From positions 320,001-384,000 of the forward strand of contig CAWBOS010000015.1 of NCBI GenBank assembly GCA_963790475.1: a stretch of DNA of 64,000 nucleotides, in the 5' to 3' direction. The notes under the pieces were generated by a model that was given only the letters and a program-made list of their open reading frames with translations, was not told the origin of the DNA and searched no databases. This document shows positions 1 to 10,321 of the stretch, in pieces (position 1 is the stretch's first letter; each line of letters begins with the position of its first letter). Origin of the DNA: an uncultured delta proteobacterium (GTDB lineage: Bacteria; Desulfobacterota; RBG-13-43-22). The position numbers were made by a program, and so were the translations under genes.

Positions 1-43
1 CAGATTTACAGTCTGTTCCCTTTGACCGCTCGGGAACCCCTCC
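1..43 (-). tRNA. tRNA-Tyr(GTA), truncated by the window edge
   Basis: Reverse complement reads GGAGGGGTTCCCGAGCGGTCAAAGGGAACAGACTGTAAATCTG: acceptor 5' strand, D-arm and anticodon arm with GTA; lies downstream of tRNA-Thr as in the Thr-Tyr-Gly-Thr cluster. Confidence 0.93.
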
Positions 44-61
44 CAATGTGGATTCAAATAA

Positions 62-215
62 GATGGACTCGTAAAAAGTCCATCAACAGGCCGAGGACGA
101 ATAAGTCAGGCCTGGGGTGAAGGTGGAACCACTTGAATTCACTTCAAGTGGCGGGAGAGGGGAAGCCCTTTCCCGCCTCGTGAAAAGTCGTTTTCTGACT
201 TTTTACGAGGTTATC
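62..215. mobile_element. MITE-like element in the tRNA spacer
   Basis: Imperfect terminal inverted repeats GATGGACTCGTAAAAAGTC / GACTTTTTACGAGGTTATC (16/19) and two internal hairpins. Confidence 0.6.
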
Positions 216-280
216 AACTAAAAATGTGTTACAGAAAAAAAATATCAACCTGTATGCTTTTGTTACCGAAACACCCTTCC

Positions 281-357
281 TGGAGCCAGCGAAGGGATTC
301 GAACCCCCGACCAACTGATTACAAATCAGTCGCTCTACCGGACTGAGCTACGCTGGC
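281..357 (-). tRNA. tRNA-Thr(TGT)
   Basis: Reverse complement GCCAGCGTAGCTCAG...CTGATTTGTAATCAG...GGTTCGAATCC...GCTGGCTCCA; complete cloverleaf with CCA. Confidence 0.97.
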
Positions 358-608
358 CGAATAGCCTGAAGTTAAGCTTTTTATTGTAACTTATTGAAAA
401 TGATATTCAACAAATTTTTTTTCGGTGTTTTCCTGATAAAAAATCTCGTTTTCACATAAAGCAGGAAAAAACAGAAACCGAACCCCTATAAATTTATTTA
501 TTTATTAAATTCGGCAGGTTAGTGATTGAATGGGTATATTTTTCCGGCTTGTAAATTAATTATTATATATCTTTTTCCTCAAACTTCAATAAAAAAATTA
601 AAGCTCGA

Positions 609-1451
609 TTATTTTTCCCCCCAGACACGCCGGCTGCGATCGATTTTTTTTCTGACAATATCCCAGGTAGGTGTTTTCAGAAATGATTCCGTCCAGCGCG
701 AAACCATCCGGCGAAACATTTCAAAGGGGACCGTGAAGGAAATTTCATCCGGTTTCATGAACTTACGATCCGAAGGGTCCCATCCTCCCAAAACCGCTTT
801 AAGTTTTCCTTCCGCCTGATACTTCAAGGGCCAGGTCACAATATTGGTACATCCGGCCCCAAACGGGGAAGAAACCGCTTCGAAATCATTGGTGACAAAG
901 ACGGCCAATTGATTAAATCCGCAAATGATTTCTCCGCGGGCAAAAAAGATGACCAGTTCAGGCTCTTCCGAAGAAGCAAATTGACTTAAGGGTTTAAAAA
1001 CACAATAACGGGCCGGCGCCGGTCTGGGGTCCACCTCCTGAAAGAATCTCCGGGATACATCGGCTGATTCCAGATAATGTTCACCCTGGATTTGATTGGG
1101 GATACCGGAGGAGATATAATGAGCAATGAACTCCAGTTGCGGTTTTAAGAAACCCAGATAAAAGGCCCCGCCCAGGCAACCAAACCTTTCCCGGTCAAAA
1201 TAGGCCGCAGTCTTCATTCTCCTGGCCCGCCAGATATTGCCCATAACACAGGAAAAGTCTCCCCAAATAGAACCCCAGTTGATTTCTCCTCTTTTCTCCA
1301 TCTCGCTGGTCGGCAGATTACCCGGATTGGGAGAATACCCTTTTACTGGTTCCTGATCGGTATAAAACATCCCAAAAGGTTCTTCCGGCAACCCCAGCCG
1401 CTCAAAAAAATCCTTCATGCCCTCAGTTATCTTTTTATCCATGATCGGCAC
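609..1451 (-). CDS. DUF169 family protein
   Basis: 280-aa ORF; FSCV, FGCLGG, PFGAGC and LGGWDPSDRK motifs recalled for DUF169. Confidence 0.75.
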   Translation of the reverse strand: MPIMDKKITEGMKDFFERLGLPEEPFGMFYTDQEPVKGYSPNPGNLPTSEMEKRGEINWGSIWGDFSCVMGNIWRARRMKTAAYFDRERFGCLGGAFYLGFLKPQLEFIAHYISSGIPNQIQGEHYLESADVSRRFFQEVDPRPAPARYCVFKPLSQFASSEEPELVIFFARGEIICGFNQLAVFVTNDFEAVSSPFGAGCTNIVTWPLKYQAEGKLKAVLGGWDPSDRKFMKPDEISFTVPFEMFRRMVSRWTESFLKTPTWDIVRKKIDRSRRVWGEK

Positions 1452-1543
1452 CCCTTTGATTATTTAATGATTTCATCATAACAGATTCCTAACCCAAATG
1501 GCCAGACTTATCATAGCATTTTATCCCTAAAATCTACAAACCC

Positions 1544-1576
1544 TTGACAATCCCGAACTACACGTATAATATACGT
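1544..1576 (+). promoter_or_regulatory. sigma70 promoter with overlapping palindromic operator of the TA operon
   Basis: TTGACA at 1544; TATAAT/TAATAT at 1565-1572; perfect palindrome ACGTATA-A-TATACGT at 1562-1576; SD AGGAGG follows. Confidence 0.7.
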
Positions 1577-1590
1577 ATAGGAGGTGTGTC

Positions 1591-1821
1591 ATGCAAAAGA
1601 AATTAACAATAACCGTTGACGAAGAAGTATATAACGGTCTTCGCAAAACAATCGGACCTCGTAAAATTAGTAGATTCGTTCAAGAGATAGTCCGACCCCA
1701 TGTTGTCAGACCTAATCTGGAAGCGGCCTACGCAGAAATGGCGAAAGATGAAAAACGGGAGAAGGAAGCCGCCAAGTGGGCCGAAATAACCTTTCAGGAC
1801 CAGGCTCATGAAACGGCGTGA
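1591..1821 (+). CDS. Antitoxin of a type II TA pair
   Basis: 76 aa, [12 protein letters not shown] ribbon-helix-helix-like start, acidic tail, overlaps the toxin start. Confidence 0.8.
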   Translation: MQKKLTITVDEEVYNGLRKTIGPRKISRFVQEIVRPHVVRPNLEAAYAEMAKDEKREKEAAKWAEITFQDQAHETA

Positions 1822-2131
1822 AGTTTGGTGGGTTAACTTTGATCCCTCAATAGGCGGGGAGATAAGAAAAAAGCGTCCGGCCGTCATCGTCAGTAATGAT
1901 GCTTCAAACCGATTCCTTAATCGGGTACAGGTGGTTCCCCTTACCAGCAACATGGATAAGCTTTATCCCAGTGAGGCGGCAGTAGTTTTTGAAGGTAAAG
2001 AAAGTAAAGCTATGGCTGACCAGTTGGCGACGGTCAGCAAAGAGAGACTTTTTTTGCGGGCGGGCACTTTATCTCAAAGTGATATGCGAAAAGTGGAAAA
2101 AGCCATCAAGATCCAACTGGATATTCCTTAA
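1808..2131 (+). CDS. mazF: PemK/MazF family endoribonuclease toxin
   Basis: [32 protein letters not shown] and DQLATV motifs. Confidence 0.92.
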   Translation: MKRREVWWVNFDPSIGGEIRKKRPAVIVSNDASNRFLNRVQVVPLTSNMDKLYPSEAAVVFEGKESKAMADQLATVSKERLFLRAGTLSQSDMRKVEKAIKIQLDIP

Positions 2132-2136
2132 GGCAC

Positions 2137-2454
2137 GTGAAGGTGCTGTTCAGTGCTGACTGGCGGAGTTTCGGTGTGTTTGGCCCCTATGCCTACTACT
2201 ATGATTCGGAAAGTGTACGTTCTGAATCCAATGGGATTAATGTATGGGTCAGATATGTCGTAACAAGTGAAGAAAGTAGAAACTGGGTTTTTCAGAATAG
2301 AAAAAAACAAAGCGTGTCCACAAAAGGGTATGACGGTTATGCCCAGAGTCTTGCCCTATGGGTTATAGAATGTTCGAATGGTAAGTTGGGCGTTTTGAAA
2401 GGAAATGATTATGACAGTAATGGTTTTTATAGCCGAGTCTACTTTCGGAGATGA
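2137..2454 (+). pseudogene. Fragment of a secreted surface-adhesin-E-like protein
   Basis: ADW..G..YYYDSESV..VWV..IEC pattern; no signal peptide or SD; 3' end runs into the next ORF. Confidence 0.4.
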
Positions 2455-3322
2455 ACGAGTCACCGACACGTTCTTCGATAAAACCGGCTTCTCTGATCTC
2501 GCCCGTGAACAGGGTATTGAGTTAATTAATCTGAACCGCTCAAGAGTCGTCGAGGTAAAAGTAGAACACCCTCTTGTGTTGGAGACGTTACATATTGCCG
2601 AAGAGGCCTATGAGGCCGATAGGATCATCAATCTGCCCAATATGAAAGTTCACTATGCAACCGGAATTACTCTATCCCTGAAAAATATGAAAGGCATTGT
2701 GGCGGGCAATGAGAAGAAGCGTTTTCACGAAGTGGGATTGGACAAAGCCATAGTAGACTTGAACAATACCATCAAGCCTTGTCTCAACATAGTGGACGGA
2801 ATCGTGTGCATGGAAGGAATGGGACCGCGGGGTGGAGATATGGTGAACTTGGGTCTGATTCTCGCTGGTGGCGTGGCAGCGGAGGTGGATTATGCTGGTA
2901 GTCTCATCATGGGATATGCCCTCTCTGAAGTAAGACATCTGGAGCTGTATCTTGCAAACAATCAGGTTGATCTAGATCAGGTGGAGGTTGCTGGGGAGCC
3001 GATAGAGAAGGTGCGTTACCCTTTCAAGAAAGTGAATCTGTCGAAGATTCTGCCGCAGACATTTCGAGTCCATAACAAGAAGGCCTGCAGTTCTTGTGAG
3101 AACGCTTTCCTCCTGTCTTGCCAGCTTCTTGAGCGAACGCCTTTCCGGAGAATTGAGATATACATGGGAGAACTGATAGAGGAGCCAGATTCTGCGGAAG
3201 GGATCAAAATAGCCTTTGGGAATTGTTGTCCCGGCAAGATAAACTTTGATAAAACAATTAAGGGATGCCCCCCTTATCCTTTTGCACTGAAGGATTATCT
3301 AAAGAGTATAGGGATTACCTAA
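2405..3322 (+). CDS. DUF362 domain Fe-S protein, probably 5'-truncated
   Basis: IINLPNMKVH, TLSLKN, DGIVCMEGMGP, ACSSC, FGNC and GCPP motifs; the usual N-terminal KPN segment is missing. Confidence 0.75.
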   Translation: MIMTVMVFIAESTFGDERVTDTFFDKTGFSDLAREQGIELINLNRSRVVEVKVEHPLVLETLHIAEEAYEADRIINLPNMKVHYATGITLSLKNMKGIVAGNEKKRFHEVGLDKAIVDLNNTIKPCLNIVDGIVCMEGMGPRGGDMVNLGLILAGGVAAEVDYAGSLIMGYALSEVRHLELYLANNQVDLDQVEVAGEPIEKVRYPFKKVNLSKILPQTFRVHNKKACSSCENAFLLSCQLLERTPFRRIEIYMGELIEEPDSAEGIKIAFGNCCPGKINFDKTIKGCPPYPFALKDYLKSIGIT

Positions 3323-3372
3323 TCAATCGTTCCACCGGATCGCTTACGCTTCCGGTGAACTTCGTGTTCAAC
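3317..3372 (+). other. Integron attC-like recombination site
   Basis: ACCTAAT (contains the upstream stop) ... TTCCACCGGA / TCCGGTGAA arms with one extra base ... GTTCAAC. Confidence 0.6.
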
Positions 3373-3383
3373 TGGGGTAGGCT

Positions 3384-3545
3384 ATGAACAAACTCTGTAT
3401 TTTTATTGGCATGACAGTTTTTGGTTGGATTGGGTGGTGGATAGGCGACACCATTGGATTCATGACTGCTTTCTTGGTTAGCAGCATCGGCAGCATGGTT
3501 GGGGTCTACGTTGGCTGGCGTATCAACCGTGATTACTTAGGCTGA
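3384..3545 (+). CDS. Small Gly/Trp-rich membrane protein (53 aa), not in the ORF track
   Basis: Manual translation MNKLCIFIGMTVFGWIGWWIGDTIGFMTAFLVSSIGSMVGVYVGWRINRDYLG; two hydrophobic segments. Confidence 0.7.
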   Translation: MNKLCIFIGMTVFGWIGWWIGDTIGFMTAFLVSSIGSMVGVYVGWRINRDYLG

Positions 3546-3766
3546 AAGCTCGTTGAATGATCCTTGGGAAAAAGAGGACAGATTTTTTTATTGTTTTTTC
3601 AATCCTCCGTTTCATTCAGAACCTTCTTTAATCGGTATCTCCTGTCATACGGCCCTGTCTTTGCAAATCCTTGCCTTAAGAAAGAGCCATATTGCATTTA
3701 TTAATGGTAAAAAGGACGTCATTCAAGAAATTTTCAACTTTCCCGGCACAGGACGTTAATCCCTGA

Positions 3767-5566
3767 TCAATCGCTAAATAGAGATTTATCCATGAAAGCC
3801 GTCAGCCCATCGCTTTCTTTCAACCGCTGGAGCAATCCTTTGATCTTGGGCAACTCATAATGAAAGAAAAAGCGAAGGGTATAGAACTTCCCCTGATAAA
3901 ATTGTTTTTCCAGTTCGGAGAGGTCGGAACTAAATGCTTTTTGTATAGCCAGTCCCTGGAGGAGCCATTGCCAGGCCACGGTGATTATTCCAAAAAGTTC
4001 CAGATATAAAGTCGAATCGGCCAGGAAAACTTCAATTTTTCCCTCCAGGGCCAATGCGGCCAGGTGGGCGGTGATCTCTTTTAAAGAGGCCAGGGCTTCA
4101 CTCAAGGTTCGGCCATAAGGCACCAGCGCTGGAATAGTTTCGGCCTCGAGGATTGTCTTTTTAACCTCATCCGTAAAGAAGGTAAAGGCTTTTCCATCTT
4201 TCATTATTACTTTTCGTCCCAAAAGATCCAGGCCCTGGATCCCGGTCGTCCCTTCATGAATCGGGTGTATCCGGGCATCCCGGTAGAATAGTTCCAGGAG
4301 GAATTCATCACAATAACCGTACCCTCCCAGGCACTGAAGCCCCTGGCTGATGGACAGGATTCCCATTTCCGAAGGGTAGGTCTTGGCCACCGGAGTCAGC
4401 AAATCCAGCAGTAGTTCATACCGCTCTTTCTCCTCCCCTTCCTTAATTTTCGATTGGTCCACGTACTCCGAGCATTGCATCAGGAGGGACAAGGAGCCTT
4501 CGACCACTGCCCTTTGAAAAAGAAGCATCCGTTTCACATCGGCGTGTTCGATGATCGGGATTTGAGGGGTGGCCGGGTCTTTGGCATTAATTTTTCTTCC
4601 CTGTAAACGTTCACGAGAATACTCCAAAGAGGTATAATAGGCGGCCGAGGCGATTCCGGCTGCTCCCAGGCCGACATTGATCCTTTCTTCATTCATCATC
4701 TGAAACATGTAAGGCAGGCCCTGATGCGGTTGGCCGACGAGGTATCCCCGACAATCGTTATTTTCTCCCATGCTCAATTGGGTAATCGGGGCTCCCCGGT
4801 AGCCGAGTTTATGATAGACACCGGCCACCTGGAGATCGTTGAAAATGAGTTGACCGGCTTCGACCCTTTTTTTTGGAACTACAAAGAGGGAAATGCCCTT
4901 AGCTCCCGGTGGTGCTCCCTTGATCTTAGCCAGCATTAAATGGACGATATTATCCACCCCGTCATGATCTCCGGCGGATATAAAAATCTTTTGACCCCTG
5001 ATCTGATAAAATCCCTCATCAGTGGGCAGGGCTACAGTGAGGATATCCGACAAGGAGCTGCCGGCCTGGGGTTCGGTTAAGGCCATGGTCCCCTGCCAAT
5101 CGCCGGAAAACATCTTGGGGAGGTATTGTTCCTTAAGCTCTTCGGAGCCGAAGGATAAAATCAGATTGGCCGCCCCGGTGGTCAGTTGAGGGTAGACACT
5201 GGCCGAGTAATTGGCGGCTGAGAAAATAAACTGGCCTGCTGAGGCCACCAATTGGGGAAGCTGCTGTCCTCCCCAGTCGAAAGGAAAGAGGGCGGAAATC
5301 CACCCCCCTTCTCCGGACAACTTCATAAAGGTCCTGACCAGGGGATGGACCTTGACTTCTCCCCCAACAAGGGCCGGAGGGGTCTGATCCATCTCCTTCA
5401 AGGCCGGGCGCAGGAGATCCTGCCCCATCTTCAAGGCCGTCTCCAGGGTCAGATCGAAAATCTCCCGGCCGTGTTCCTGGAAATAAGGATATTGACAGAG
5501 GTCTTCTATCTGAAAGACCTCATAGAGTAGAAATTTTAAATTTCGCAGGCTGACGAATTGGTCCAT
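3767..5566 (-). CDS. Acyl-CoA dehydrogenase (long, about 600 aa type)
   Basis: GTMALTEPQAGS, GQKIFIS, LGGYGY and IHEGTTGIQ motifs; start moved to the ATG at 5566, which has a GGAGGAG SD. Confidence 0.92.
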   Translation of the reverse strand: MDQFVSLRNLKFLLYEVFQIEDLCQYPYFQEHGREIFDLTLETALKMGQDLLRPALKEMDQTPPALVGGEVKVHPLVRTFMKLSGEGGWISALFPFDWGGQQLPQLVASAGQFIFSAANYSASVYPQLTTGAANLILSFGSEELKEQYLPKMFSGDWQGTMALTEPQAGSSLSDILTVALPTDEGFYQIRGQKIFISAGDHDGVDNIVHLMLAKIKGAPPGAKGISLFVVPKKRVEAGQLIFNDLQVAGVYHKLGYRGAPITQLSMGENNDCRGYLVGQPHQGLPYMFQMMNEERINVGLGAAGIASAAYYTSLEYSRERLQGRKINAKDPATPQIPIIEHADVKRMLLFQRAVVEGSLSLLMQCSEYVDQSKIKEGEEKERYELLLDLLTPVAKTYPSEMGILSISQGLQCLGGYGYCDEFLLELFYRDARIHPIHEGTTGIQGLDLLGRKVIMKDGKAFTFFTDEVKKTILEAETIPALVPYGRTLSEALASLKEITAHLAALALEGKIEVFLADSTLYLELFGIITVAWQWLLQGLAIQKAFSSDLSELEKQFYQGKFYTLRFFFHYELPKIKGLLQRLKESDGLTAFMDKSLFSD

Positions 5567-5940
5567 TGTAATCTCCTCCCCAACATTTATGACCTGGTTC
5601 GAGGGATAGGCAACAACCTCGGATTGTGGAAATTTAATATGGCCGACTATAATTAGGGCACGAATGGGAGTCAAGTGCAAAGGCGGTATTCGAGGTATTC
5701 AAAGATGCACAAACAATCCCTTCCGCTGGATGTCATATCTTAAGATGAATAGCTCAACTGTTTATTCAGGTCGCCAAAAAAGATTTGCCAGGAAATTATT
5801 TATCTTTTATAAAAGGTCGCAGGGAATCAGGTGATTTTGAAATAGAAAAATCATCAGAGTTATCTTTCCCGGCAAGTTTTTTTTTGAATAGCCGTCCCCT
5901 TTTCCATAAGCAGGCGGAGAACTAGAAAGAAGGCAAAATC

Positions 5941-6729
5941 ATGAATCCTTACAAATCAATAGCGATTGAAGTGGCCAGGAAAGCCGGCGCGGTCTTGAAG
6001 AAAAAAATGGGATTCAAAAGAACGATAGGGTTTAAAGGGGCTATCAACCTCGTTACCGAAATGGACATCCTCTCCGAAAAAATCATTGTCGATGAGATCG
6101 AAAGACATTTCCCCAAGCATGCCATCCTGGCCGAGGAGCGACCTGCGGTAGAAAAATCTTCCCGGTTCCTGTGGATTATCGACCCCCTCGACGGTACTAC
6201 CAATTATGCCCATGGGTATCCCATCTTTTCCGTATCCATTGCTTTGGCAAAAGACAGGGAGATCGTTCTTGGAGTGGTTTATGATCCCACCCGCGACGAA
6301 CTCTTCACTGCCGAGAGAGGAAAGGGGGCCGGACTCAACGATCGCAAAATCCAGGTCTCCTCAGAATCCAACCTTTCCCGCAGTCTTCTGACCACGGGTT
6401 TTCCGTACGATCTAAGGGAAACCAATGTCAACAACTTTGACCACTTTCGCAATTTTGCCCTCCGGGCTCAGGGCGTGCGCCGCGGCGGTTCGGCGGCGCT
6501 CGATCTTTGTTATGTTGCAGCGGGGCGCTTGGACGGGTTCTGGGAAATGAAGCTCGGTCCCTGGGATATAGCCGCCGGAAGCCTGATAGTTACTGAAGCC
6601 GGGGGCAAGGTAACCGATTTTTTGGGTAAGCCTCTTAATCTGAGCGGGAAGCACATCCTGGCCAGCAACGGGAAAATCCACTCAGCCATGCGCAGGATTG
6701 TTAAACAGGGGAAATTTTTGAAATCCTAA
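5941..6729 (+). CDS. suhB: Inositol monophosphatase family protein
   Basis: WIIDPLDGTTNY, GSAALDL and PWDIAAG motifs. Confidence 0.92.
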   Translation: MNPYKSIAIEVARKAGAVLKKKMGFKRTIGFKGAINLVTEMDILSEKIIVDEIERHFPKHAILAEERPAVEKSSRFLWIIDPLDGTTNYAHGYPIFSVSIALAKDREIVLGVVYDPTRDELFTAERGKGAGLNDRKIQVSSESNLSRSLLTTGFPYDLRETNVNNFDHFRNFALRAQGVRRGGSAALDLCYVAAGRLDGFWEMKLGPWDIAAGSLIVTEAGGKVTDFLGKPLNLSGKHILASNGKIHSAMRRIVKQGKFLKS

Positions 6730-6837
6730 TAAAAAAGCCGGGGACGGTCCATAATATAGTGCCAAGCACATTGGCGCTCCTTGGGCTACAAGGACTACTG
6801 CCTCACCCTGGAGGTCGTGCCCTAAAGGATGAAAGTT

Positions 6838-8901
6838 CTATACCTCCAAGGCCCTTTTCAACTCCTCCACATCCGTTATGGGCGATTGGCAGGCGTATTG
6901 GCTGCAAAGGAAAACCGTTGGCCGGTTATTCACAGGGCGTAGAGGTTCTAAGAAACGGGAAAGCTGAAAGTATTTTTGTGCTTCTCTTTCTTCTTGTGGC
7001 CGCAACAACAAGACTTTATTGGGTAAAAAACTCCTTTGAATTATCGAAACCATTTCCCTGGTAGTGCCCTCAGCCGGGTCGCCTGCCACCACGATCTCCT
7101 GACCGGGTCCGAATCCGAAGTCCAAGGCATTGAGGAACTGGGTATAGCCCATCGGATAAGCGGCCACAGCTCCGGAAAAATGATGGAACAGTTGATCGGC
7201 TTTTTGCTCTAAATCGGTGTTGCCGGTCATTCGGCCCAGTCGTAAAAAATTAAGGGCCGTAACCGAATTTCCGGATGGAGTCGCCCCGTCATAAAGGTCT
7301 TTTTCCCGGAAAATTAGTTTTTCTCCTTCTGCGGCCGTAAAATAACAGCCGCCCTTGTCCTGGTCCCAGAACAAATCGATCAAACGCTCATTCAAGGCAA
7401 CGGCTTCCTCCAGGAAACGGATATCAAAAAGGGTTTCATACAATTCAATCAATCCCCAGATGAAAAAGGCATAATCGTCCAGGAAACCCGGATAGGCCAC
7501 CTGCCCTTCCCGGAATCGGCGATAGAGTCCGCCTTCGGCAGTGCGCATGTTTTCCAGAATAAACCGGGCCGCCTTTCCCGCCGCCTGGGCATAGACCGGA
7601 TCACCCAGGGCCTGAGTCCCTTTGGCCAAACTGGCGATCATCAATCCATTCCAGGAGGTCAAAATTTTATCATCCTTTAGGGGATGAACCCGTTTCTCCC
7701 GGACCGAAAAAAGCATCTCGCGCGCATTACTTAATCGGGTTTCCAGTTCCCCAAGCCCCATCTTTTCTTTTTGGGCAAACTCCTCCGCTGAAACGGAAAT
7801 ATGTGGGATATTTTTCCCCTCTTCAAAATTGCCGGTCGGGGTGATGTTATAGAAACGACAAAAAAGATCGGCCGAATCCCGACCCAAAACGTCCTTGACC
7901 TGCTGATAGGTCCAGAGATAAAAAAGCCCTTCTTCACCCTCGCTGTCGGCATCTTCGGCGGAATAAAAACCCCCCTCCGGTGAAGTCATGTCCCTTAAAA
8001 CATATTTAAAAATCTCCCGGCTCACCTGAGCATGAAAGGGATTTTTCAGGGCCTGATAGGCTTCGGTGTAGGCCATAGCCAGCAGGGCCTGATCGTAAAG
8101 CATCTTTTCAAAATGGGGAACCAGCCACTTTTCATCCACCGAATAGCGGTGGAAACCCCAACCGATGTGGTCAAAAATACCACCGAAACGCATGGCCTGA
8201 AGGGTCTTTTCGATGATCGTATGGTCCTGCGAGGCCGGGTGTCTTCTAAAGTTTCGTAATAGGAAGGTCAGATGATGAGGTGTTGGGAATTTGGGAGCGG
8301 CTCCGAACCCGCCCCATGTGATATCAAAGGCTTTTTGGAGCTGCTCCTGTCCAAGATTTAGGGTCTGATCGTTCAAGGTTATCCCGTCCGGAACAGGTGT
8401 GGTCTTTGGCTGAATCCCCTGAATGGTTTGCTCTGCAGCCGATAAAATGCGCTCCCGATCGCGCCGCCAAAGAGCGGCAATCTGGGTTAACAATTCAGTA
8501 AATCCGGACATCCCCAGACGGCTTGTTTTAGGAAAATAAGATCCGGCAAAGAAGGGTTTTGCCTCCGGGGTCATAAAAATGGATAACGGCCAGCCTCCCC
8601 GGCCGGTCAAGGCCTGGCAGACCGACATATAAACCTGATCAATGTCCGGCCGTTCTTCCCGATCCACTTTGATGGACACAAAGGATTGGTTTAGTTGTCG
8701 GGCCACTGTTTCATCCTCAAAGGATTCATGGGCCATGACATGGCACCAGTGACAGGTGGCATAACCGACGGAAAGAAAAATAGGTTTGTTTTCTTTCTTG
8801 GCTTTTTCAAAAGCTTCCCGGCCCCAGGGATACCAGTCTACAGGATTATGGGCATGTTGGAGGAGATAGGGACTTTTTTCGGCGATTAAATGATTGGGCA
8901 T
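6838..8901 (-). CDS. Thioredoxin-domain YyaL/SSP411 (DUF255) family protein
   Basis: [21 protein letters not shown] and [10 protein letters not shown] motifs. Confidence 0.93.
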   Translation of the reverse strand: MPNHLIAEKSPYLLQHAHNPVDWYPWGREAFEKAKKENKPIFLSVGYATCHWCHVMAHESFEDETVARQLNQSFVSIKVDREERPDIDQVYMSVCQALTGRGGWPLSIFMTPEAKPFFAGSYFPKTSRLGMSGFTELLTQIAALWRRDRERILSAAEQTIQGIQPKTTPVPDGITLNDQTLNLGQEQLQKAFDITWGGFGAAPKFPTPHHLTFLLRNFRRHPASQDHTIIEKTLQAMRFGGIFDHIGWGFHRYSVDEKWLVPHFEKMLYDQALLAMAYTEAYQALKNPFHAQVSREIFKYVLRDMTSPEGGFYSAEDADSEGEEGLFYLWTYQQVKDVLGRDSADLFCRFYNITPTGNFEEGKNIPHISVSAEEFAQKEKMGLGELETRLSNAREMLFSVREKRVHPLKDDKILTSWNGLMIASLAKGTQALGDPVYAQAAGKAARFILENMRTAEGGLYRRFREGQVAYPGFLDDYAFFIWGLIELYETLFDIRFLEEAVALNERLIDLFWDQDKGGCYFTAAEGEKLIFREKDLYDGATPSGNSVTALNFLRLGRMTGNTDLEQKADQLFHHFSGAVAAYPMGYTQFLNALDFGFGPGQEIVVAGDPAEGTTREMVSIIQRSFLPNKVLLLRPQEEREAQKYFQLSRFLEPLRPVNNRPTVFLCSQYACQSPITDVEELKRALEV

Positions 8902-9131
8902 TTTTCCACCTTTTTTGGGGTTATTAACCTAAAGCCTGGGGCCTCCTAAAACCCCAAGGGTCTTTTGGGATTATTTAATTTAAGTTAAAACAGCTTACAG
9001 GTAACTACAAGGGGGTTTTACCTTTCTTTTAAAAGAATCGGGGGCCCATTGATCTCCCAAACTTTACTGCTAACCTGTTTTTCCTTGCTCCCTTCATCCG
9101 CGCCAACTATTTTTTTTTACCCACTTTCAAG

Positions 9132-9349
9132 GTCAGGGGCGAGAGGGCTTTTTTCAGGGTTGCCAACTTCCGGACTCCTTGCAATTTTCCGAAGATAAAT
9201 TTTGAAAAATTATTAAATAGCAGGCCGATAGAAAAACTCCCAACCGGCAGGGATAATAATCTTTTTTCAGATCGACATAAACATTAGGGCCGGTATTTGG
9301 CGGCAGGTGACCTTTTGGACAATTCTAAAAAAAGCGCTCTCGCCCCTGA
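9132..9349. repeat. 218-bp element bounded by a long inverted repeat
   Basis: GTCAGGGGCGAGAGGGCTTTTTT / AAAAAAGCGCTCTCGCCCCTGAC (22/23); related to 36317-36535. Confidence 0.7.
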
Positions 9350-9487
9350 CAAAACAGATCTGGCAATTGAATTTGTCTAAAGTGAGGGGGGCAAGGTTGC
9401 TTTTCCCCTTGACTCGCATTTCCCGCCCGCTTAAAATTCTCTTCATAGACGATTGACTATTCATCATTGGAAAAGAAGGAGGGAATC

Positions 9488-10150
9488 ATGGAAACAACCG
9501 ATTTGGTAACTTTGATCAAAGGCCGCCGGTCCATTCGTTTGTGGCAGGATAAGCCGGTTCCGGAAGACCAACTCCTGAAGGCCATCGAAGTGGCTACCTA
9601 TGCCCCGAACGCCGGGAACCAGCAAAACTGGCATTTTTACCTCATCTTAAACAAAAAGACGATTTTGTCGATCGCCGATGCCGTACAAGATAGTGCCGAT
9701 TACGTGGCCTCTTTGCCTGAGGCGGCAGGCTTCAATGAAACGGCCCTCAGAATGATAAAAGGGGCCGCTTTCTTTCGTAATGCGCCGGCCGGCATCGCCG
9801 TGGCCTGCAGCCAATACCAATCTCCGGTAGATACCATCTTGTCGGTTAGGGAAAAAAGTGATCCTAACGATACCAGGGTCACCCAGATGCGCCAGTGGCG
9901 TAATACCTCCAATGCCAGGATTCAATCGGCTGCCTCAGCCATTGGCTGTCTGCTCTTAATATTGCATCAAATGGGACTGGGTGCGGTATGGATGACCGGC
10001 CCAATGCAGGCCAAGGGGGCCATAGAAAAGATCCTCAAAGTCCCGGCGGAAATGGATCTGATCGCCTATATCCCGGTCGGTTATCCGGCGGAAACCCCGG
10101 CCCTTCGAGTCAGAAAACCCGTCCAGGAGGTTTGCGAGGTTATCAAGTAG
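9488..10150 (+). CDS. Nitroreductase family protein
   Basis: RRSIR, APNAGNQQNW, GLGAVW and IPVGYP motifs; SD AAGGAGG before the ATG at 9488. Confidence 0.9.
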   Translation: METTDLVTLIKGRRSIRLWQDKPVPEDQLLKAIEVATYAPNAGNQQNWHFYLILNKKTILSIADAVQDSADYVASLPEAAGFNETALRMIKGAAFFRNAPAGIAVACSQYQSPVDTILSVREKSDPNDTRVTQMRQWRNTSNARIQSAASAIGCLLLILHQMGLGAVWMTGPMQAKGAIEKILKVPAEMDLIAYIPVGYPAETPALRVRKPVQEVCEVIK

Positions 10151-10321
10151 CTTTCATCCGGAAATTCAAGATTTGCGATAATCTCTCAGCAGCCGCGGTG
10201 AGCCGATAGCTAAGGCAGAATCATCAAAGGATTCTACTGAAAACAAAAAGCCGATAGCTGGAGAGACCTGACAAAAAGTCCGTAATCGTCCGCCTGTTTC
10301 CGCGGCCAAAATTTATTCCGC

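Noticed and set aside
6810-6836. GCCCTAAAGGATGAAA motif, similar to 36018-36040
   Set aside because: Only lone half-sites; no partner arm visible, so no element could be delimited
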